Shown: positions 1 to 18,148, counted from the stretch's first letter. The stretch is 64,000 nt of DNA from Eledone cirrhosa (GCA_964016885.1 OZ024749.1:47430001-47494000); one strand, 5' to 3'. Numbers and translations are program-made. The notes: generated from the sequence alone by a model not told the origin.

Positions 1-189
1 TACGAAAACTAAGACGAAAAAGAAGACGTAAAAGAAGACGAAACAGACGAAAACTAATAATAATAAGAAGACGTAGAAGCAGAAGGCGAAGAAGAAAAAT
101 GCTAAGAGAAGACGAAGAAGACGAAGTATAAGAAGACGGAGACGAAGGAGACGATGAAGAAGTCGACTAAGAAGACGAAGACGACGAGA
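1..189. repeat. Degenerate (GAA/GAC)n trinucleotide repeat
   Basis: Runs of gaagaagac/gacgaagaa read directly. Confidence 0.85.
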
Positions 190-814
190 AACATATTAGA
201 TTCGATTGAACCGTGTTACCTCATTAGTTAAATTATCTTCAAAAACATTTTGAATGGGGTTCTAGATAGAAAACATATTAATGGTTATGAAGTTCGTATG
301 TTTTACGCACCTCTGAGCTCGAAATATTGGAAGGACATTTAGATATAACATTCACGCTAGAAGACTGTCCTTTCTGTTCTTCTCTTATCTTCTCACATCG
401 TATAAAATATATCAATGTGTTCTGAACAAGAATAAATGTATATCAATTTAGTGTTTCGATCAACCACGTTCCATTAAACATGCAATAAAACGTATTTGTA
501 ATGTTTGTGAAATAAAATATTACTTTCTCAAAAGGATATGCGTTTTAATGCTATTCTCGCAATGATAAGAATATTCGATTTGTTAATGTATATATGCATA
601 GACACGCACACTCACACACTTTATATATATATATATATATGAAACATGGCAAATGGCGTGCTTCGTTGTTGCAAATGGGATACATATGAATACAATTAGA
701 AAAGTAAGACAGTATTGTCCGTCATCAGTGATCTTCCAGCCATCACCGGCATTTCTTCGCATTACTTTAATGCGAAGAAATAGCGTTCCTATATATATAC
801 ATATATATATATAA

Positions 815-1054
815 ATTAGGGTGGCCTTTATTTTTCAACTTTATAAAATGTTCGCTCCCACCCACCTATCTTGTGCCAATTAACAAAGAAAACAATTTGG
901 TATTAGAAGGATAAGTGACAATAAATATAATGGGGAAGGCAACTTTCAAACTTGGGGACAGAGTGCAAGTATAGGGCAAACACTCATTTTTCGCTGTGGG
1001 AGCAGCAACATTTTAACTTTCGTAAAATTATCTATTGCTAAGGGCCACCATAAT
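815..1054. mobile_element. MITE-like non-autonomous DNA transposon
   Basis: Terminal inverted repeats attagggtggccttta / taagggccaccataat, plus a subterminal IR aaaatgttcgctcccac / gtgggagcagcaacatttt. No coding capacity. tta/taa flanks are compatible with PIF/Harbinger (inference). Confidence 0.65.
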
Positions 1055-1560
1055 ATACATTGATACTTTGGAAGAATCGTCGCGCATGTGTGTGTGTATC
1101 TGTGTGTGTTTATAGATACATACACACGTACATACATACATGCATACATACGTACACACGCGTTATGTTTATTTTTATGGGGCTGTAAATATTCCCACAT
1201 ATACGCGTTCTGCTAAGTCAAATACGTTTTCCGTATATAAAGTATCCAAACGCTGATTGTTTCTAGATTTCCTAATTTATATGACCAACATTTACTGCTG
1301 GTATTAATTCAGGTACCTTTCGTCTATTTACATGATGAGTATACTAACATAGACGTATATACATTGCATATTCTAGTTTACATACCCGTACAATGTATTA
1401 ATATTAATTGAAAATGGTTAAGAATCCCTTAAAATAACCATTGCTACAAATTTGCAATATATCATATAAATGAAGATATATCATCTTGAATGACATGACA
1501 TATGATTTCGGATATAATACTGGCATATTGGGATTTTGATTACTTCTCCTACTTCCAGGT

Positions 1561-1730
1561 CGGTGGATTGGCAGTATCGGTAGAGAGTCAGACACAATGA
1601 TTTGCAGCTTAGTTACGGCCCTTTAAGGTCTGAATTTAAATCCAGCCGAAGTTAGCTTTGCCTTTCATCCTTACAGGATTGATAAAAGAAAGCAAAATTA
1701 CTGGACTTGTGCCTATATAACAAATCATTA
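1561..1730 (+). mobile_element. tRNA-derived SINE with Nin/Deu-type domain (diverged copy)
   Basis: A-box-like tggcagtatcggtagag, B-box-like gaatttaaatcc, and gcctttcatccttac...gataaaa; matches the other copies in the window. Confidence 0.8.
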
Positions 1731-2370
1731 TTTCTCATACTTCCGATTTATGTTCTGATGTTTTTTAGCTTTTTCATTCTGAAACGTCTCAGTTTGTCCA
1801 ACATCCAAATAGTGTGAAATCAGCTTTCATGTCTGTGTGAGCGTGAGTGTGTAAGTTTGTGTGTCCGTTTCCTTTATATAAACATTCAAACGAGAATAGA
1901 ATCGAAGAGATTTGAGCATTATAATATGATTGGGTTCGTGAGAAAAACTTTTGATTTTAATATTAGAATAAACCTGTACACTAAATATTTAAACATTTAT
2001 TCTCAGGACTATATCAGAAAATTAAAACCATGGCGTGTGGTGATACACACTGAAGTGATACTTGATAATTAACTCCTACAAGCATATGTGATAGAAATCA
2101 CACAACCAGTTGTAGCATTAACAATTGTAATTCTATAAATATAAATACAATTTAAAAATCACTTAAATCTAAGAAGTTAGCACCATTCACTTCAAATGGC
2201 AGCACTCTCATCATAAAAAACTTCCGATGTTCTACATCATTACAGACTGTTTCATGTTTTCCTTAGGCAGACATATAGTCAACATTACTGACATAGTATT
2301 TTACATTTAATTTCCTATTAAGAAATAGCTCACTGAGTACAGGCTACGGACGTATGTATGTATGTATGTA

Positions 2371-2436
<66 letters not shown>

Positions 2437-3076
2437 AAAAGATAGTGAAAGAGAGAAACAGAATTCATATAAGTATATATATCTAAGCGTGTGTACGTTT
2501 GTAAAATCCGCCCCCATGCTTATAATACAATATTTCTATAATGAATTATAACATCTTGTAGGAATCAACCTCAAACGTTTAACCATGTATACATCCGGGC
2601 AAATATCATTTATTTTTCCGTATTTCTTGATGTATATATTTCCGAATACGAAAACATCCCACGATCCAAATAACAATATTGGACATACCATTATTATTTT
2701 CTAGATATACCAAAGTCGAATCAATCATCTGTAATAGAAAATTGACTCAGTGCTATTAACTCAATATATTTTGATTATTCATTTCCTTTCAAATCACTAT
2801 TTTGGCATCTTTATTTGTATTTACATTCAAGGATATGAACTTGTATAACTCGATTTGACATATTGGCAGTTGGCCTAAATAAGCATTTTCCTTACTCAAC
2901 TTTCTACTATATTGTAGGTTGCGATACATTATTTTTTTATTATTATTCTTATTTTATCATTTTGCAAAATTACGCGACAGACGAACTTCTATTCTCAGTC
3001 AAAGAACAAAATTCATTTATGCTTACATCGATCAGTTTGCTGCACATTGTAGGATATACATAAGGCAAACACACAC

Positions 3077-4033
<957 letters not shown>

Positions 4034-4921
4034 TGTGTGTGTGTGTATATATATATATATGTATATATTTATGTATGTGTGTATGTATGTATTTGTGGGT
4101 GTAAACCTATTTGTTTTAGTTTTTTGAGATTGCATATAAATAAATAAATATATATATTTATATATATATATATATACATATATGTGTTTTGTTTTCCTTA
4201 TGTTTCAATATCACTCCTCGGCACTCGATGTCCGATGTTAGTACACTTAATTATATACATGTGTTGTACTAAACATTTAATGCAATTTCGGTTTCGTTTG
4301 AGTATCTGAAAGTACACCAGATCCGTTTATATCTAGATTGTCAGACGCCCTGGCACCGAATATAAGGTCAATGCTGATGTTAACGATCAACTTCTACATC
4401 TATTTCGACTGCGGATGTCAGCCTAGCTGTGCTTATTGCATCAATAGTGAGTGTGTGTACGTGCGTCTATGTGTATATGTGTCTATGTATATTAATTTGT
4501 GTATGGGTGGTTTTATTTATAGATATTTATTTTTAAATATTTTGTGAAAAAATCTCTCAGTTATATATGACTTGATCTAAACAAAGTGGGTTCCTTTCAT
4601 TTGTCCCTTTTCGTCACCGGTTTCATAAACATGATACGTTGTTCTCCAAAGATAGACTGCAGGGTACCTGTTTTATTTGAGGATGCTGATGTAGAGTTGT
4701 ATAGGTATCATCGATTATTCTGCAGACCGGTATGTTTTCTACTCTTTCATTGTTTACAACTACATACACAAACACAGAGAGATGTCTCTCCCATATACAC
4801 AGACTTAAAGCCGTTACATCTTTTCATAATGAGACTCGTTTGCTTAACCATCTATCTGCATCTCACTCTCCCTCTCTCGCTCTTTCTCCCTCTCTTGCTC
4901 TCTCTATCTCTCTTTCTCTGC

Positions 4922-4962
<41 letters not shown>

Positions 4963-5050
4963 TAGAAATGTGGTAGACATATCCAAGGAAAGAGCACTTA
5001 GTTCATAGGTGCTATATACCTCCACTCATTCAACATGATATATGAGATAA

Positions 5051-5107
<57 letters not shown>

Positions 5108-5128
5108 CATATATACACACACATACAT

Positions 5129-5238
<110 letters not shown>

Positions 5239-8200
5239 ATATGTATATGTGTGTGTGGGGGCGAGGATTAGATATAGAATGTTTTTCTGTTGAATGAGAG
5301 TAGTGGTATCCCGTCGTTCATATAGAATTATGCATTTATATGATTGACATTCAATACATTCACAACCGAATCATATTTCCTAGGGTCAACTCTTTAAATA
5401 ATGCAAACGAAATAAATTATAGAATCGTGCATTGAAACAATGGTTTATTATTTTTTAGAAAATAAATCGATATGCTGAGACAAAAGAAATCGATATTTCA
5501 TCTCTCATCGTTTTTCCTGGGCTTCGTAAATAAGTACTGACAAGAAGCTAAAGATGATATCGATTATATTGCATTTAAAATAAATCAAAAACAAACATAG
5601 ATATTTAGCCATAAATACAATATTTTCTCTTTAAATACAGGGACTAAATACCATATTGAGAATATAACAGTTACTCTACCGATACAACTATAAATCAATT
5701 AATATATTGAATCTAAATATCTATGATCCACAATTGACTATATGAGAAAACAACCTGAAAACGGCAAAAAAGAGATGACTTTCAAAAACAAGAAAACATA
5801 TAATAGAAATATGAGGATGATGGTGATGATGATACAGATGAATACGTTTTATTTTCACAGATATTAGATATATAATAATCACAAATCTGGAAAAGAATAT
5901 CTAAAATATATGTTCTCATATATACAGAGTATATATTATTGATAAACCCACTTAACATGCGACCATAATATCATTTCTCGACAGAAAATTGGGTTTGTAA
6001 ATTATACCGTGCTACAACATGTTATGCTAATGACATTTTCCTGTGATGTTTATCACTGTGCCAACAAGATTATTATCGTATTGTTCCCAAACGGAAACTG
6101 AATAATTCAATCGCGATCTTTTAGCAGCCAGATTGTCTTCCATAATTGACAGTTGCGGATGCATAGGGCTGTTCTGACTGCCAGAGGGAGGAAATCGGTG
6201 TACATTCTTTGAAACCAAAATAGATAAAAAAAAAACATAATGAATAAATGTGATATAAATCACATTGCAGAATGGCCTAAAATAATGTGGTGATATTGAT
6301 TTTCCGAACGAAATACGAAAAAAAGAGGGAATTCTGTGTGCATATATTAGTTACTAAATTATTGCAAGTGGATACGTAAGGTGAAAATGCTATCAAAAGG
6401 AATTAGCAAACGTGTTTCATTCTCTAGAATAGTAAAAACGTAACATTCTCAACTTGCAACGAAGAAAGAACGATCTGATTGTTTCAAATATAATTCACCT
6501 GCACTTTTAGCAGTTACTTTTCTTCACAAATACATAAATGCGTACAGCAATACAAATAAGCATATACACACACATAAACGCATACATATACATATGTATA
6601 TATATATGTGAAAAGTGTTATACACCTATAGTTGTGTTCATGAAGAAGCCATTTCAACCAGCTGTAGACGGTGGCACCAGCAAGAGAAAGTTGATTCATT
6701 ACACATCTTCCATCGTCTATCTTGTGGGCACCAAATTGACGGAGTTAACAATGTCAGTGAAAAATATATGAAGATCAGATTACATTAACTTCTTTTATTT
6801 TTCCATAATAGGTATTTCCGTGACAGTCATCAGGCCGTGATGCAATGCAATTGATGGCATCATCAGAATTTAAGAACATACTCGATATGTTTAAACAATC
6901 CTCACTGAAGCACAGCAAATATAAAATAACAAAACAAAGAATTAATGATATATAGATAGCGCAAACAAGATTGCTATCGTTCTACCGATAAAAAGGCTAG
7001 TTCGGCTGCCTATATAACATTTATTATAAATTTATATTATGCTCCCCATAATTCTCCTTTAAACCATTACAATCTATCCTCAAACTATATCAAACAGATA
7101 AAACTATATCAAACTAATTTTCGTTTATTTTCATAATTTTAATTGTAGATTAGTCACATTAATTTTACATGACACCTTCTTTCATTGAGCAGTACATTTA
7201 ACATGTTTCCTTGCTTAGGAATAGTATTTTCTTAATTATAGTGTGTCATCAATTAAGTGTATATATAATATTAGAAATCGCAATTCTTATCATATTTATC
7301 ATGTTTAAACATTAAAAATATGCATACCCATGCACTATTATAGATTTGTTGCGAAGAATATTCCATAATGCGACGTATCTTTTAATAATCTAATTCATAA
7401 TTATATCATATATATTACATAACTGGAGAATAGAATTTATTCAACAACCTCATATATCACTAATTGTAAAAAAGCCTACTACAGCTACACTACTTATTAC
7501 AAGAAAATATTTGATGACATTAGTAAAGTCGTTTAAAAACTATTATGCATAATCTAAAAAAATCTCAATGACTGCTTCAGGAGCTATAAATTGTTGGATG
7601 TTTATTAATCGTATCAGAACATTGGTTCTACCCATATTTTACAAATTTAAAGCAGAATCGATATTATGAATAGCTAAAAGGTCTGTAATTTGTTAAAACA
7701 GCTGTATTTACATTGGATATAAGTAGGTGTGTGAACAAAAGCATGGATGTGCTGTAGTGATTTCGTAATTTACCGAAAGGTTGTAATCTTCTTTCATATG
7801 ATTGTTGTTGAAATTTTAATTATAATTTGTCCCAATGTAACGAGAATCAAATCTTATGCTTCTGCTATTAACTCTTATATTTTCTATTAGTTATTTGTCA
7901 TTCTTGCAAACAATCTACTTGTTTATATTGAACACATTTCATAAATAAATAGGATAATGTATCCACCTACGATGGATAATGTACAAATATGGCAATGTAT
8001 TGGAATAGAATAAAATTCAGATATTTTAATAAATTCTATATCATTCGAATCATAAATATTGCAATACTGTTATGATACATATATTCCTCAAATATAAGAA
8101 ATGTAACTGCCCAATGTAACTGCCTAAGAAATCGCTTAAGGAAAAATGCTTAATCACGGAACCTGGTGTTGTATTGATGTTATCTGATGGTTATGTTCTT

Positions 8201-9000
8201 CATATTTTTACAATTTGCCTTTTTCCCCGAAATATAGTTTATTTGATGCTCAAATAATTAATCTAATAATCCTTCATTTGGTCCTATAATTTTCACATAT
8301 TTTTGTTTTCTTTTTGTGGCCTTTGTAAAAAGGTTTTTTGCGACGAAGCACAACAAAAGCAATTTTGTTTTTATATTCACGTTTGATTTTATCAGCGAGG
8401 CAATGCTTTTTTTTCATCTTTTAATCCTGTTTTAATATTGATGTGTGTTCTGATTTCGGGGATAATGCTGATTGACCGTCAGGAATATTCTATTGTTAAA
8501 GCTATGAATATTTTAGAGTAATAAAGGTAAGATGTCCCTTTTTTCGTTTTTTAGGTTGTGTTAATGGAATGTGGAAAAAATGGATAATGGTCTGGTGGTT
8601 TGTTATATTCTCACTGACTGTCACTTGCAGATGAGAAAAACATAAGATGGCACTCAATTTGATTGAAAGCGATGGTTCTTGGAACACGCTAACTAAAAGG
8701 CGTCAGGAAATAAGCACATCCTATAACCTAAGGATATTTAAAATCAATACACAAACACAGATTTTGACGCACGGTCTTTCAGCTACAAATACAAATAATC
8801 TTTGTATGTAAAGAAATATGTAACATCACTAAGACACTCGGGAAATATGGTGTGTACGCAAAAGATTTGTTACTTTTATATAAAAAAAGAACGTTGCTCC
8901 AAATGCTTTGAAAGAAAACAGACACATATGAAATTCCTTAGTTATTATCCATTCATATATCAAAATATAGAGGATCTAAATGATATATAATCTAAACGTT

Positions 9001-9097
<97 letters not shown>

Positions 9098-9464
9098 CGG
9101 CGTATGTCATACGAATAAGCAGAAGATACTTCACATGAACTCGCACTTGGAAACATGGCCTTAGAGACACATGCAGGCAAAGGCAACAACATTGAAGAAC
9201 CGAGAGCTCACCAGATGCTTCACATAAAAAGAAGCGTTGCTTGGTTGGATTCGAAATCGTGACGTTGTGACTTCAGGTTTTTGACCGGGAAATGCAATAT
9301 GTCTTCAGCATTACACTTTATTTCAGGATGATCTTTCTGCCAGGGGGTGCAAGAAATGGATAGTATCAGTAATGGAAACATGGTTTGCTTGTTCTCATTT
9401 TACGAAGTTCCACTGCCCTCGTGAAGCGGATGAGGTCTGGAAACTTGTAGATTCATCAGATTAT

Positions 9465-9559
<95 letters not shown>

Positions 9560-10176
9560 TTTGTTTCTGTGTGTGCGTCTCTGTACATGTGTACATAGAC
9601 TTGGTCAGAGGCATTCATTTTACCTATAAGCAAATACAATCTGCCGTCTATATATATATATATGTACGTTTATAAAAGCAATAAATATTTATCTAACTGC
9701 TGAAAGTATAATATATAATTTAACAATCTAATTATTGTGATATATATCTTTAAATCTTATTTTACAAATAACTACAATATACCTATATGATAAACATAAC
9801 ATAAACTAAAAGAGATATCATATTTGGTAGGGGGATATTAAAACTAAAGAAATAGAAAATAGATTGCAAAAAAAGCAATTTATAAATATATAATTGTATT
9901 GTTGATATAAAACGAAGGAAAATTACGATAAACGTAGAAAGTATTATCAGGTATTTTAGCAAAAAAGAATTGCTGCCGTTAACGTTCTAGTTTCATTAGG
10001 CAGTAAGATATGTTCCAATTGAGATAATGGAACTTTTCTTAGTATTGATGAAAAGTTCGGTTTCGTTTGTTTTCTTTACATATTTAAGCCGAGTCGTTAA
10101 CCAATATATAATATATTGGTTATATACAAAAAAGTGGTAATATCGCACACATTCAGATTCATATCAGTGTGTCAAT

Positions 10177-11360
<1,184 letters not shown>

Positions 11361-12432
11361 ATGCAGAATGTCCGTTTATAAGTGACCAAAGAAAACAACG
11401 TAATGCTTCATATATTGCAAGAAAGCTTTGAAATTATAAGAAAAAAAGCATACACTTTATATTTTTATACGCGAAATTATTTCGGACTACCGTATGTAGA
11501 GAAGATTCAATACTGATCTCTTATCGTAAAACATTACGAAATTAATATTCATTTTGTCCAGACGCCTAATGAGAGTCCAGTATTGAAATCAGTCCTCCCC
11601 AATACAATGGTGGTCTTAACACCACCCAGAAGTCACAAGTTGTAAAACAGAATCTGCAAGTCAGCATGTACACTGCACTTTAAACACTGGACAAATGGGT
11701 TAGAATAGCGTAAAATGAAATCCGTTCTGTTAATGAAGGCCATATTAATCTATTAAAGGATTACATGTTATATTATGCTTTCCAAGGCTGCATAGAAAAT
11801 GGTGTTCGAAACGAATGTCTAATTCACATCACACATCAAACAATTTAAGCATGTTGTAATCGAGCAGAGAAAACGGAATTTATTTAAACGCGACATTATA
11901 AACCGTACATTTACATTTGTATTTAACATAATTAGCAGTCACATTTGTTGTTTCAATTTCAGTCAAGTAAATGTTCTGTACCAATATCATCCTATCTATG
12001 TCACCCATGAGATAACTAATTTCATTACTATAACACTTAAATGAAATAATATTTTTCAAAGTACGCATTTACTTGTCTGTAAAGAGCTATGATACATATT
12101 ACAAAATCATACAGCAGCTCACATTAGATTTAGTAACTGTCGTTAAGAAAATATATAACAGAAACTAATTATACAATTATTATTTCAATTACGACTGACT
12201 TCAATAAAATTAAACTTCCTTAGTTTACCGTTCTCCTCGTAATCTGTTTACGCATTAGATATTTATCATAAGAGATATGAGTAAAACGAACATTACTTTA
12301 ATGAAAGAGGATGTCGCTGAAACATCAGGTAAACCAGCACGGCAGATGTTCATTACTTCTTATATCAGGCGTAATCTGAAGTGATTCAGTCTGGATATAA
12401 ATGAGAATGCGGAATTAATTAAATAGTTTTCC

Positions 12433-12632
12433 AATTAACAATAAGTGTATCTGCGTATGCACTCTAGTGATGCGTATATGCTCATCAAAGCAGACACCCA
12501 CATATATACATATGTACGACATTAAATACATAATATACAATCGCGCGCGCGTACAAACACACGCCTATATACAAACATACACACATACGCACACACACAC
12601 ACACATACACACACATACACGCACACACACAC

Positions 12633-12713
<81 letters not shown>

Positions 12714-12796
12714 TCAATATAGATGAGATTCTACAGGACTAGAACTGTTTCATTCTTTAGAAATCATCAGGAATCTCCAGGAATCATATGTATATA

Positions 12797-12849
<53 letters not shown>

Positions 12850-13040
12850 ATGTGTGTGTGTATGTGCGCGCGTGTGTGTGTGTGTGTGTATGGGTGTGTG
12901 TGTATATGTGCGTGTGTTTGTACGCGCGCGCGATTGTGTATTATGTATTTAATGTCGTACATATGTATATATGTGGGTGTCTGCCTTGATGAGCATATAC
13001 GCATCACTGAGTGCATACGCAGATACACTTATTGTTAATT
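12433..13040. repeat. Long inverted repeat (about 180-200 bp arms) enclosing TA tracts and a nested HHR element
   Basis: aattaacaataagtgtatctgcgtatgcac... is mirrored at 12.84-13.04 kb. Confidence 0.9.
12725..12777 (-). ncRNA. Type I hammerhead ribozyme
   Basis: GAGATTC-CTGATGA-tttct/agaat-GAA-ACAG ttctagtc CTGT-A-GAATCTC: 7-bp stem I, 4-bp stem III, GUA site. Confidence 0.85.
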
Positions 13041-13419
13041 GTGTGTGTGTGTATGTGTGTCTGTGTGGATATACATACATATGTATGTAAGGGATAACGA
13101 ACTATTGTTATAGGTAATCCAGTTAGAGGTTGTGACTACTCCGTATTGTGGATAGTTTTAGCGTACGGCGTTGTTTGGTTCAACAAGAGGTTTCCGTAGG
13201 TGGCGAGTTTGTGATTTCTTGGGAATTCCTATGTAAGTTTATCTTGGAGTAATAATATTGAAAGAGAGATAATCTGATTCAGCTAACATCGTACTTAAAA
13301 CTGAGTGGCACATCTTCAAGTATTCAGCAATGTTTAGCAACTTAATCACTGAAACAATTGTTAATACTTTAAATAAAACCCTTTTGTGTACTGTTGTCCA
13401 TGTTATTCTTCACTCTTTG

Positions 13420-13465
<46 letters not shown>

Positions 13466-13809
13466 ACATACAACTTCTAGAATGTCTCGGTATATATTGC
13501 GTAATTGAAAACTATTAAATCCTGGTTATATTGATGATAACCCGTAAGAACTATGACAAAATGTAATTGATAAGACAAATAGGAAAAGCAATATTAAACA
13601 GGTACGAGAGAAAATATAGCGGTTCGGATGTTTGCTGAATGCAAAATATTAAACTAATATAACACAGCCAAAATGACTGACGTTGCTAAAACAACTTCGC
13701 ACATTGTAGTCATAATAGTACAATGTTAACCGATATATATGCATTTGTTCAGTTTAAATTGCAATAAGTACTTATGCATAAACATAAACATACACACAAT
13801 CTTATCTCC

Positions 13810-13842
<33 letters not shown>

Positions 13843-13953
13843 AAGTATTGTGAGACACTTGCAAATAATTATCGATAGAAATCACAAACTACTTCACAAC
13901 TCCACAGTATCTGTAATAATTGCATATATATGTATATATATATATATATATAT

Positions 13954-14135
13954 AACAAAGGAATTGTGGTAAGGAACAAGATGGACCATAACGCATCAGA
14001 GTACTAAATACTTAGGGAAATAGAGTGGGAAAGAGAAAAAAAGTATGACTCCGACGGCAGAGCTCAAGCCGTTTCGACTGCTATTTCTAGGCAATTTCAG
14101 AAACGGCTTGAGCTCTGCCGTCGGGGTCATACTTG

Positions 14136-14138
<3 letters not shown>
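13954..14138. mobile_element. Family A asymmetric hairpin element in (TA)n
   Basis: Long arm aacaaaggaattgtggtaagg...gccgtttcgac, followed by an inverted short arm gaaacggcttgagctctgccgtcggggtc. Confidence 0.8.
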
Positions 14139-14181
<43 letters not shown>

Positions 14182-15623
14182 AATGTGTTTGTAATGTGTC
14201 TATATGTGTAGTACGTTATAACTATCTACCAACATGTAAAATACGATGTCGCTAAGAAAATCATTTAATCATTTTCTCTAATTTATCACTATTTATCGTA
14301 GTGTACCGGTACACTTTTAAACGTTGTAGCTAACATCTCCTGAGAATACTCAAGCATGTAAAATCTGAAAACTTTTTATAGATACTTACCCCTTCAATAT
14401 TTTCGACGCCGCATCTGTGCTACAATGTTTAGTTTTCTTCGAAACTAATTAATCAATATTTAAATGTCTTCAATACGCCCTGTCGGTTATTCGACGAATA
14501 GGAAACATTAAACGTATTATTGTAAATTTTGTTAAATTGCCTGAATGATGTGGATAACGGCTGAACATCATTAAAACTTTTGACAGATTTCTGATAAATA
14601 AAATACGCCTATAATTTTCATAAATTGTAATATATACTCTAAGTATTTGAACAAATAGTACGTTACAAATGACTGATTAGTCTTCTATTTAAATGTTCTT
14701 AGCACTGTCAGTTTAAATATAAACGTTCCATATAACGTTATATATATGTTGATAAACATCTGTGTATCATAGTTTCATATGTATGTAATTGCCCATGAGG
14801 TTTTATATTTTGGACATTAACGTATTTATCGCATTGAGCTTAAATAACGAAATAGGTTTTACACTTGATTTCTAGAATGACAACTAGGGTTATTTTGTGA
14901 AATAAACATGTGTACATATAATTTTTCAAACATGTTATTGACAAAAGGTAGATATTTCAGTAGAAAACTGGAATGAGAATACGACTTATGTGCGGTTAAT
15001 ATCTAGAGACTTCACATTAACGCAAACCTAGGATTAAAGTCTATATGATACGCGTTGCGAATTGCTTATCCATCTTTAGCCAACTAATCTCTCGGAAATT
15101 CAACCTTTCATACACAGAATGAGAGAACATATTTAATCGAGGTCTGGTTAATATGTTAAAATTTAAAATTAAATATAACGATTGCACTTGTTAGATCGAA
15201 TGTTTTTCATCCATCTCTTTTCGATCATTGTAGAAATAAATTACACATCAATACGAACAGGTTGTGATTCATACTGAAATCGTATAATTGAAAACACTGT
15301 GAAACAATATATTTAAGTGGTGCGATAATAAGCCATATTATTTTGTACTTCTCGAATTTTAATATGTAGCAGATTATATTAGGCTTCATTTTATTTCGGC
15401 TATGGTAAGTGTAGTAGTGTAGTATATATTAGTTTCCAAATAAATCCTCATAGGGCATGATGATGACATTCATAGCCTTATAGTAATATATAATAATTAA
15501 TCGATATTTCGCTGTGCAAGTTCAGCATAACTCTGTCTCCCGAAATATGGAAATAGGAAAATAGAAAGAAAATATCAACAAACAATATAATAATTTTGAA
15601 TTTAATATGAGAAGCAGTTCTGC

Positions 15624-16912
<1,289 letters not shown>

Positions 16913-16913
<1 letters not shown>

Positions 16914-17144
16914 AGTATGACACACACGGCAGAGCTCAAGCCGTTTCGACGGCTACTTCTGGACAGGTTCTGGACTCTTTCTGACACTATTTCTGGACGG
17001 CTACTTCAGTCCAGAAATATCCGTCGATACGGCTTGAGCTCTGCCGTCGGGGTCATGTGTTTTTCTATGTCCTACTCTACTACCCTAAGTATTGAGTACT
17101 CTGGCGCGTTATGGTCCATCTGGTTCCTTACCACAATTCCTTTG

Positions 17145-17147
<3 letters not shown>
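16913..17147. mobile_element. Family A asymmetric hairpin element in (TA)n
   Basis: Inverted short arm, then a direct arm ending ttccttaccacaattcctttgtt(ta)n. Confidence 0.8.
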
Positions 17148-17204
<57 letters not shown>

Positions 17205-17730
17205 GCGTGTGTGTGATGTTGTGATCGTACAGATAACTATATTCAACTGCACGAATATAATATTCGACATACGTGGAGACAGAACATATCAATAGTCCGA
17301 GTTAATCCAGTATGTATTATATACGTGCATTTGTGTATTTCACATGTGTGTTTCCTGTGAGTAGGTATATGTCTGTATGTGTGTGTGTTTAGATTTTAAT
17401 ATTTATGCTTACTGTGTTTCCAATTGTGCACTTAGAATGTGTCTGCGTGTGGAAATTATATGTAATGATTCTGATTTCATCTGATATACGCATCTACCAA
17501 ACATGAAATGAAAGTTAATACTAGATGTAGTCAAGATATCTTCGTATACAGCAGACATGATTCTTCTTGAGAAATGTGTAGATCTGAATTTTTTTATTTT
17601 TTCCGTATTAATACAATTCGGTCCAAGGGAAAAAAAAATATATTAACTTTTATTTGTTAATTTAACGTGGTTTTTATTATCAAATATATTTGGTAATAAA
17701 TAGTACAAATGCGATATACAAATTATGTTA

Positions 17731-17913
17731 ATAATTGTTTCTACTTTTGGCACAAGGCCATCTATTATTGCAGCGCATTACTGGTATTTTATTTTATCGA
17801 CACCGTAAGGATTAAAGACAAAGTTAACCTCGGCGGGATTAGACCGTAAATGGCCGCAACTCTGTATTGCAAAACATGGCGTCCGGACCTCTACCGATAC
17901 TACCAATCCACCG
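17731..17913 (-). mobile_element. Nin-domain tRNA-SINE
   Basis: Reverse complement of the SINE consensus seen at 43643 and 56481. Confidence 0.85.
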
Positions 17914-17929
17914 TTAATAATAATGATAA

Positions 17930-18117
17930 TAGTGGTTTCCACTTTAGGCAGAAGGCCAACAATTTTCTGGAAGGGCAACATGGTTTAAATCTACTCCAGT
18001 AAAGATGAAAGACGAATCAAAACTCGGCTGCATTTAAAATCAAAACGTAAAGAGCAATGACGTTATGCTGCAAAGCATAGTGTTCAATGTTCTACCTATT
18101 CTGCCAAACCAGTACCG
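17930..18117 (-). mobile_element. Older degenerate SINE copy
   Basis: tttccactttaggcagaaggcc...gatgaaagacgaa...ctacctattctgcca resembles the SINE reverse complement. Confidence 0.6.

Positions 18118-18143
<26 letters not shown>

Positions 18144-18148
<5 letters not shown>

Noticed and set aside
6640-6780. Possible mariner transposase remnant on the minus strand
   Set aside because: Resemblance too weak, and no TIRs were found.
6808-6835. Minus-strand CTGATGA...GAAA
   Set aside because: No stem I and no stable stem II; probably chance.
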